Assembly: GCA_963764715.1 (NCBI GenBank)
Contig: CAVXTP010000013.1
Span: forward strand, 64,001-128,000
Source: an uncultured Acidobacteriota bacterium
GTDB lineage: Bacteria; Acidobacteriota; Thermoanaerobaculia; UBA5066; Gp7-AA6
Direction: 5' to 3'
DNA length: 64,000 bases
The notes under the pieces were generated by a model, which saw only the letters and a program-made list of their open reading frames with translations, was not told where the DNA came from and made no database searches. Position 1 is the stretch's first letter, and each line of letters opens with the position of its first letter. Position numbers and translations under genes: made by a program. Shown here piece after piece: positions 58,882 to 64,000 of the stretch.

Positions 58882-60617
58882 CGATGCGACGCCGAATGGT
58901 CCGGGTCATGCTCGCCGCGCTCGGGGCCGCCGTCGTGGCGGCCGCCTCGCCGGCGCCCCCTCCCGCGGACCTCGTGATCCGGGGCGGCGCCGTCTACACC
59001 GTCGACGACGCCCGGAGCTGGGCCGAGGCCGTGGCGGTCTCGGGCGGGAAGATCGTCTTCGTCGGCACCGACGCCGGGGCGAAGGGGTGGATCGGGCCGA
59101 AGACGCGGGTCCTCGATGCCTCCGGAAAGATGGTCCTTCCCGCCTTCCACGACTCCCACGTCCACCCCGTGTCGGGAGGCGTCGAGGCGCTCGAGTGCGA
59201 TCTGAACGGCGCGCCGACGCCGGCCGCGGTCCTCGAGAAGGTCAAGGCCTACGCGGCCGCGCACCCGTCGTTGCCGTGGATCCGCGGGGGAGGCTGGGAG
59301 CTGACGCTCTTTCCCGACGGCAACCCGTCCAGGTCGCTCCTCGACGCGATCGTGCCCGATCGGCCCGTTTACCTGTCGGCGACCGACGGCCATTCGGTCT
59401 GGGTCAACTCGAGAGCGCTCGAGCTCGCGGGCGTCACGAAGGCGACGGCGGATCCGCCCTACGGCCGGATCGAACGGGACCCGGCGACGGGCGAGCCGAC
59501 CGGGACGCTCCGCGAGGACGCCGCCGACCTGGTTTCGAAGCTCTTCCCGAAGCGCACCGCGAAGGAATACGCCGACGGGCTCCGGGAGGGCCTGCGGATC
59601 GCGAACCGGTTCGGGCTGACGTCCCTCGTCGAAGCGAGCGCGTCGGAGGAGGACCTCGAGGCGTACCGGACCCTCGAGTCCCGCGGCGAGCTCTCGGCGC
59701 GCGTCGTGGCGTCGCTCCACTGCGACACGGACCGGGGCCTTGCGGAGGTGCCGCGCCTCGTCGCCCTGCGCAAGAAGTACGCCGGCCGGCGGCTGCGGAC
59801 GAACGCGGTCAAGATCTTCGCCGACGGCGTCCTCGAGACGCGCACGGCTGCCGTCCTCGAGCCCTACCTCGGGTTCCCGGGCGACCGCGGCAAGGCGAAC
59901 CTCGAGCCGGCGGCGTTTGACGCGCTGGCGACGGCCCTCGACCGCGAAGGTTTCCAGATCCACGTCCACGCCATCGGCGACCGCGCGGTCCGGATGTCGC
60001 TCGACGCCGTCGAGGCCGCGCGCCGCGCCAACGGGGCCCGGGACGCGCGGCACCACCTCGCGCACATCGAGCTCATCGACCCGGCGGACGTCCCGCGCTT
60101 CCGGCGTCTCGGCGTCATCGCGAACTTCCAGCCCTTCTGGGCCAACGGCGACAAGTACCTGACCGAGCTCACCGAGCCGAAGCTCGGGCCGGAGCGGTCG
60201 CGCTGGCTCTACCCGATCCAGAGCGTCGTCGCCTCCGGCGCGGTCGTCGCGTTCGGCAGCGACTGGAGCGTTTCCTCGATGAACCCCCTCGACGGGATCG
60301 AGGTCGCGGTGACGCACCTCCAGCCGGCCGAGGGGCCGGGCCCGGCCTGGCTCCCCGAGGAGCGGATCGGGCTCCCCGACGCGATCGCGGGCTACACGAT
60401 CCGCGCCGCGTACCTCGACTTCTCCGAGAAGGAGACCGGCTCGATCGAGGCCGGCAAGGCGGCCGATCTCATCGTCCTCGACCGCAACCTCTTCGAGATC
60501 CCGCCCTCCCAGATCCACGAGGCAAAAGTCCTGCTGACCCTCCTCGACGGCCGAGAGGTTTACCGGGGGTCAGGTCTTCAAATTTCGGTTTCTAGACTGC
60601 AATCATCCGAAAAATGA
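58878..60617 (+). CDS. Amidohydrolase family 3 (YtcJ-like), exported
   Basis: PAFHDSHVH, DGHSVWVNS, KIFADG, HAIGDRA, GSDW, GSIEAGKAADL. Confidence 0.93.
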   Translation: MTMRRRMVRVMLAALGAAVVAAASPAPPPADLVIRGGAVYTVDDARSWAEAVAVSGGKIVFVGTDAGAKGWIGPKTRVLDASGKMVLPAFHDSHVHPVSGGVEALECDLNGAPTPAAVLEKVKAYAAAHPSLPWIRGGGWELTLFPDGNPSRSLLDAIVPDRPVYLSATDGHSVWVNSRALELAGVTKATADPPYGRIERDPATGEPTGTLREDAADLVSKLFPKRTAKEYADGLREGLRIANRFGLTSLVEASASEEDLEAYRTLESRGELSARVVASLHCDTDRGLAEVPRLVALRKKYAGRRLRTNAVKIFADGVLETRTAAVLEPYLGFPGDRGKANLEPAAFDALATALDREGFQIHVHAIGDRAVRMSLDAVEAARRANGARDARHHLAHIELIDPADVPRFRRLGVIANFQPFWANGDKYLTELTEPKLGPERSRWLYPIQSVVASGAVVAFGSDWSVSSMNPLDGIEVAVTHLQPAEGPGPAWLPEERIGLPDAIAGYTIRAAYLDFSEKETGSIEAGKAADLIVLDRNLFEIPPSQIHEAKVLLTLLDGREVYRGSGLQISVSRLQSSEK

Positions 60618-60629
60618 AGACCTGACCCC
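60566..60629. repeat. Palindromic REP/MITE-like element, copy 3
   Basis: GGGGTCAGGTCTTCAAATTTCGG ... CCGAAAAATGAAGACCTGACCCC. Confidence 0.92.
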
Positions 60630-60633
60630 GGTC

Positions 60634-61149
60634 TCATTTGACCCGGGTGTAGGTGAAGGTGCCGACGTGGTCCTGGCCCTTCGCACGGGAGGTCCAGGCC
60701 TGGGAGAAGTGGTCGGCGTCCTGAAACGTGACGACGAGGCCCCGCATGAGCTCGCCGTCGGGGTCCTTCACGTTGGTCGCGTCGAGGAAGGAGAAGGCGA
60801 GCGTCCGGCCGCCGTCGCCGAGGGCCGTCGCGGCCATCCGCGGCTGGTTGCCCATGGCGCAATAGTGGGTCGCCATGATGCGCGCGCCGTCGGGGTGGTA
60901 GATCGTGACCATGCTCATGTCGTGCCCGCTGTCGAGCGTCTCCATGAGGCTCGTGCCGTTGGAGACGAGCTTGTAGGAGACGCGCACGTCGCCACCCCCT
61001 CCGGCGTCGGCCCCGGAGTAGGTGCCCTTCCAGTCGCCGACGAGCGTCTGGAGCTTCGTCCAGGCGGGGTTCGGCGCGTCCGCGGCCGGAAGGGTCGCCG
61101 CGAGCGCCAGGAATGCGAAAGTGGCCGCGATCGATCTGTTCTGCTTCAT
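60634..61149 (-). CDS. Hypothetical exported beta-barrel-like protein
   Basis: Signal peptide MKQNRS; L.G.W.G, M.T.YH.DG...ATHYCAMGNQPRM, F.DATN; TGATG coupling to upstream gene. Confidence 0.85.
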   Translation of the reverse strand: MKQNRSIAATFAFLALAATLPAADAPNPAWTKLQTLVGDWKGTYSGADAGGGGDVRVSYKLVSNGTSLMETLDSGHDMSMVTIYHPDGARIMATHYCAMGNQPRMAATALGDGGRTLAFSFLDATNVKDPDGELMRGLVVTFQDADHFSQAWTSRAKGQDHVGTFTYTRVK

Positions 61150-61625
61150 CACCGTCCCTCCTCCACCAGGCCGCCCAGACGATCCAGGCAGCCGATCCAT
61201 CCTGCCGCATGGTCCGCGCGCGCTCGCTCGGTCGCGAGGCGCTCGTGCGTCACGACGACCTCGGTTTCGGCGCCGCGCTCCAGGAACTCCACGGTCACGA
61301 GCGTGTCCCGCCCGACCTTGTCGCCGAGGCTCGGGTCGTTGTCCCAGCTCCACGTGTAGACGAGCTTCGAGGGCGATGCGACCTCGAGGTAGCGGCCCTC
61401 GATGCGCCAGGCCTTGCCGCGTTCGCGGCCCTCGAGCAGGTAGCGGCCGCCCGTCCGCAGGTCGAGCTCGCGGACCTGCATCTCGCCGCCCGGCTCGATG
61501 AACCAGCGCATCAGGAGCTCCGGGTCCGTCCACGCCCGGTAGACCCGTTGGCGCGAGGCTTTGATCGTGCGCGAGACGCGGACCGCCGGCGGCGCGTCGC
61601 TCGCCCGGGGCGTCGGCTCAACCAT
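61149..61625 (-). CDS. SRPBCC / AHSA1-like domain protein
   Basis: R.I.A....VY.AWTDPE....W, DLR.GG.Y, G.YLEV..P.KLVYTW.W, H..GW...LDRL. Confidence 0.92.
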   Translation of the reverse strand: MVEPTPRASDAPPAVRVSRTIKASRQRVYRAWTDPELLMRWFIEPGGEMQVRELDLRTGGRYLLEGRERGKAWRIEGRYLEVASPSKLVYTWSWDNDPSLGDKVGRDTLVTVEFLERGAETEVVVTHERLATERARADHAAGWIGCLDRLGGLVEEGR

Positions 61626-61990
61626 GACTCATCCTCCTCCTTCTCGTCCTTTGCGGGGGACTCCTCGAGGTAACGCTTCAGGGCGTCGAGGCGCTCCTGC
61701 CAGAAGGCCTCGTAGTGCGCGATCCAGTCGGCGGCCGTGCGCATGGGCCCCGGCACAAACCGGCAGTGGTGGACGCGTCCCTCGCGCCGGCGAGCGAGCA
61801 GGCCCGCGTCCTCGAGCACCCGAAGGTGCTTCGAGATCGCGGGCGGCGACATCGCGAAGGGCCGCGCCAGCTCGCCGACCGAGGCGTCCGGCGTTTCCGC
61901 CAGCCGGGACAGGATCGCGCGGCGCGTGGGGTCGGCGAGGGCGCCGAAGGTCGCGTCGAGCGCCGAGGCGGCGGCCGAATGGTTAACCAT
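61511..61990 (-). CDS. ArsR/SmtB family transcriptional regulator
   Basis: LDATFGALADPTRRAIL..L, ELA.PF.MS.PAISKHLRVLE.AGL, FW..RLD.L; reading frame runs 115 nt into the SRPBCC gene. Confidence 0.9.
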   Translation of the reverse strand: MVNHSAAASALDATFGALADPTRRAILSRLAETPDASVGELARPFAMSPPAISKHLRVLEDAGLLARRREGRVHHCRFVPGPMRTAADWIAHYEAFWQERLDALKRYLEESPAKDEKEEDESWLSRRPGRATRRRRSASRARSKPRANGSTGRGRTRSS

Positions 61991-62026
61991 ATGGTTAACT
62001 ATATCGCCGTGGCACCGAGCTGTCAA
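61982..62026 (-). promoter_or_regulatory. Sigma70 promoter with overlapping 18-bp palindromic operator; leaderless arsR-like mRNA
   Basis: TTGACA (62021-62026)-17 bp-TATAGT (61998-62003)-7 nt-ATG; perfect palindrome GTTAACCATATGGTTAAC at 61982-61999. Confidence 0.85.
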
Positions 62027-62046
62027 CGGTGCGACGCGTTTTTTCG

Positions 62047-64000
62047 TTAGAACCCGAACGCCTTGACCAGGAACACCATCATCTGCCCCCGGGTGTTGGG
62101 ATTGGAGGGGCAGTACAAGAGCGGCACCGCCTGGCAGCCACCCGTCACGCCCTCCGCGTAGAGCCGTTCGATCCAGGGAGCGAACGGGTCGCCGACGGGA
62201 ACGTCCCCGAAGACCCCCGTCGCCGGCGGGGGCACGTACGCGCTCCCGTACCTGGTTTTGAGCAGGAACGCCGCCATCTGCCGGCGTGTGACCGGACTGT
62301 CGGGACAGTAGTTTCCGCCCCCGCAGCCCCCGGTGACGCCGAGCCCCGCGAGCTCCTCGATCCACGGGGCGTAGGGGCTCGACGCCGGGACGTCGGCGAA
62401 AACCGTTCCGGTGGCGGGCGGCGGCACGTGGTCCGCGCCGAGCTCGCTCCGCAGGAGCAGGACCGGCATCTGCTTGCGCGGGAGCGCGAGGTCGCGGCAG
62501 AAGTTGCCGAGGTGGCACCCCGCGGTGATCCCGGCGCGGAACAGCGTCTCGATGAACGGGTGGAACGGGTCCCCCTGCGGCACGTCGAGAAAGTCGGCGA
62601 ACCATCCCTTCGGAAGGGTCGACTCGCTCGTGTCCGGGTTCGTCACGACGACGTCGTTGAGCGTTCCCGGCGACAGCGGCGGAGTCGACGCCGTGACGAG
62701 CGCCGCGCTCGAGACCGAGACGCCGGTCGCCGGCACTCCGCCGATCGAAACCGCCGCGCCCGGCTGGAAGCCCGCGCCCGTGATCGCGACCCCGGTCCCT
62801 CCCGCCGCCGGACCGGAGGACGGAGCGATCGCCAGGTCCGCCGCCGCCCCGGCCTCGTAGGCCCCGAGGTCGGGCGAGGCGTCCCGCGGGCGGCCGAGGA
62901 TGTCGTCCGGAGGCATCGAAGCGGGATCGGCCTGGCCGACCGCCGGACTCCCGGCGCCGATCGAGCCGTAGGTGGCCACGAGGCGCTCGAACTCCTGCCG
63001 GATCGTGGCGCTGCCGCTCACAAACGCCGTCCCGTTCCAGCGCGGGAGCACGATGCCGGCCTGGCCCGGCAGCTGCGGGTCGGCGACCACGGCGTGCGCG
63101 TCGTCGACGAGCGGGCTCACGAGATCGCCCCCCGGGATCGCGGCGCCGCCGTTCCAGTAGAGGTTGCGGTCGAGGACAAGGCCCGTGACCTCGGCGGGCG
63201 TCCCGTCGGAGAACTCGTTGGTCCCGCCCGCGGCCTCCGCCCCCATCGTCCCGGTGGGGTCCGACCACACGTTGTTCCGGAAGGCCACGTTCTCGTTGAC
63301 GGGGTTGGAGCCTTCGCGGTTCACCCGGCAGGCGTACGCGAGCGAAGGCAGGTCGCCGACGACGGTGTTGGCGCGGAACGTGACGTCCCGTCCGCCCTTG
63401 ACGCCGAACGCGGCGCGCATGTCGTTGGCGGAGTTGCCGAGCATCAGGTTGTTCTCGACGAGGATCGACCGGCCCTCGAAGTAGGGCATCCCGTCCTCGC
63501 CGACGAGGGCGAAGTTGGAGCCGCTCGAGCCCTCCCAGTTCAGGAAGACGTTGCGCCGGACGGTGATGCGCTCGTCGCCGATCTGACCGTCGTCGCCGGC
63601 GTTGGAGTCCTTCATGACGATGAAGGAGCTCGTGTCGTTGGCGTTGGACCGCCCGCTGCCGGCGAAGTCGTTGAAGAAGATGTTGTCCTGCACGAGCACG
63701 TCGGTCACGCTGTTGATGTCGATGTGCTCGTCGGAGCCGGCCTGGTTGTAGAAGACGTTGTTCTCCACGGTCACGAAGCGGGCGCCGTTGTTGATCTTGA
63801 GCAGGTCGTTGTTCCAGGAGTCGTGGAACACGTTGTCCCGGATCGTGACGTTTTCGGCCCAGAGCCCTCCGGCCTGCTGCACCTGCATGACGAGGGCGCC
63901 GGCCCCCGCCCCCGTGTGGCGGAGCTCGAAGCCCTCGAGGACCACGTTCTTCGAACCGAAGAGCTTGACGACGGTGCCGGAGTACTGGAGGACCGCGCGG
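62047..64000 (-). CDS. Right-handed beta-helix / IPT / triple SLH-like surface protein, 5' end beyond window
   Basis: Asn-ladder repeats ([19 protein letters not shown]), DILGRPR...[42 protein letters not shown]. Confidence 0.88.
   Translation of the reverse strand, partial: RAVLQYSGTVVKLFGSKNVVLEGFELRHTGAGAGALVMQVQQAGGLWAENVTIRDNVFHDSWNNDLLKINNGARFVTVENNVFYNQAGSDEHIDINSVTDVLVQDNIFFNDFAGSGRSNANDTSSFIVMKDSNAGDDGQIGDERITVRRNVFLNWEGSSGSNFALVGEDGMPYFEGRSILVENNLMLGNSANDMRAAFGVKGGRDVTFRANTVVGDLPSLAYACRVNREGSNPVNENVAFRNNVWSDPTGTMGAEAAGGTNEFSDGTPAEVTGLVLDRNLYWNGGAAIPGGDLVSPLVDDAHAVVADPQLPGQAGIVLPRWNGTAFVSGSATIRQEFERLVATYGSIGAGSPAVGQADPASMPPDDILGRPRDASPDLGAYEAGAAADLAIAPSSGPAAGGTGVAITGAGFQPGAAVSIGGVPATGVSVSSAALVTASTPPLSPGTLNDVVVTNPDTSESTLPKGWFADFLDVPQGDPFHPFIETLFRAGITAGCHLGNFCRDLALPRKQMPVLLLRSELGADHVPPPATGTVFADVPASSPYAPWIEELAGLGVTGGCGGGNYCPDSPVTRRQMAAFLLKTRYGSAYVPPPATGVFGDVPVGDPFAPWIERLYAEGVTGGCQAVPLLYCPSNPNTRGQMMVFLVKAFGF

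Overview
Very GC-rich, gene-dense bacterial chromosomal window; the gene repertoire (Cys-containing SLH-like surface proteins, TIGR02999-type ECF sigma + Ser/Thr kinase, patatin-barrel fusion) suggests a diderm, plausibly Acidobacteriota/Thermoanaerobaculia (inference). About 47 real CDSs are supported; most long ORFs in the supplied track are GC-rich shadow frames. Recognisable housekeeping content includes lhr, addAB-like, sthA, TPP riboswitch-thiC, ettA, ubiE/menG and cysK. No rRNA, tRNA, CRISPR array or transposase was seen. The most notable signal is a candidate phosphorylation-controlled surface-protein regulon at 47.2-58.3 kb: an ECF sigma/Ser-Thr kinase pair is divergent from three transcription units that each carry the same bipartite motif TGA(G/C/T)CC-N15-TGCGCGT and encode beta-helix/IPT/SLH-like proteins, an RDD protein and a secreted protein with an atypical-composition C-terminus. 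Other observations: a shared IPT + triple Cys-SLH C-terminal module on four exported proteins; two in-frame 'collapsed' genes (mini-Nei, SulP remnant); a three-copy palindromic element (GGGGTCAGGTCTTCA...TGAAGACCTGACCCC) always between convergent genes; GTAG-type REPs; an unannotated 52-aa RxxxR-repeat protein; an HpnR-like B12 radical SAM / radical SAM / acyltransferase cluster; and frequent leaderless-type promoters. All family calls come from motif recognition by eye, not database searches.
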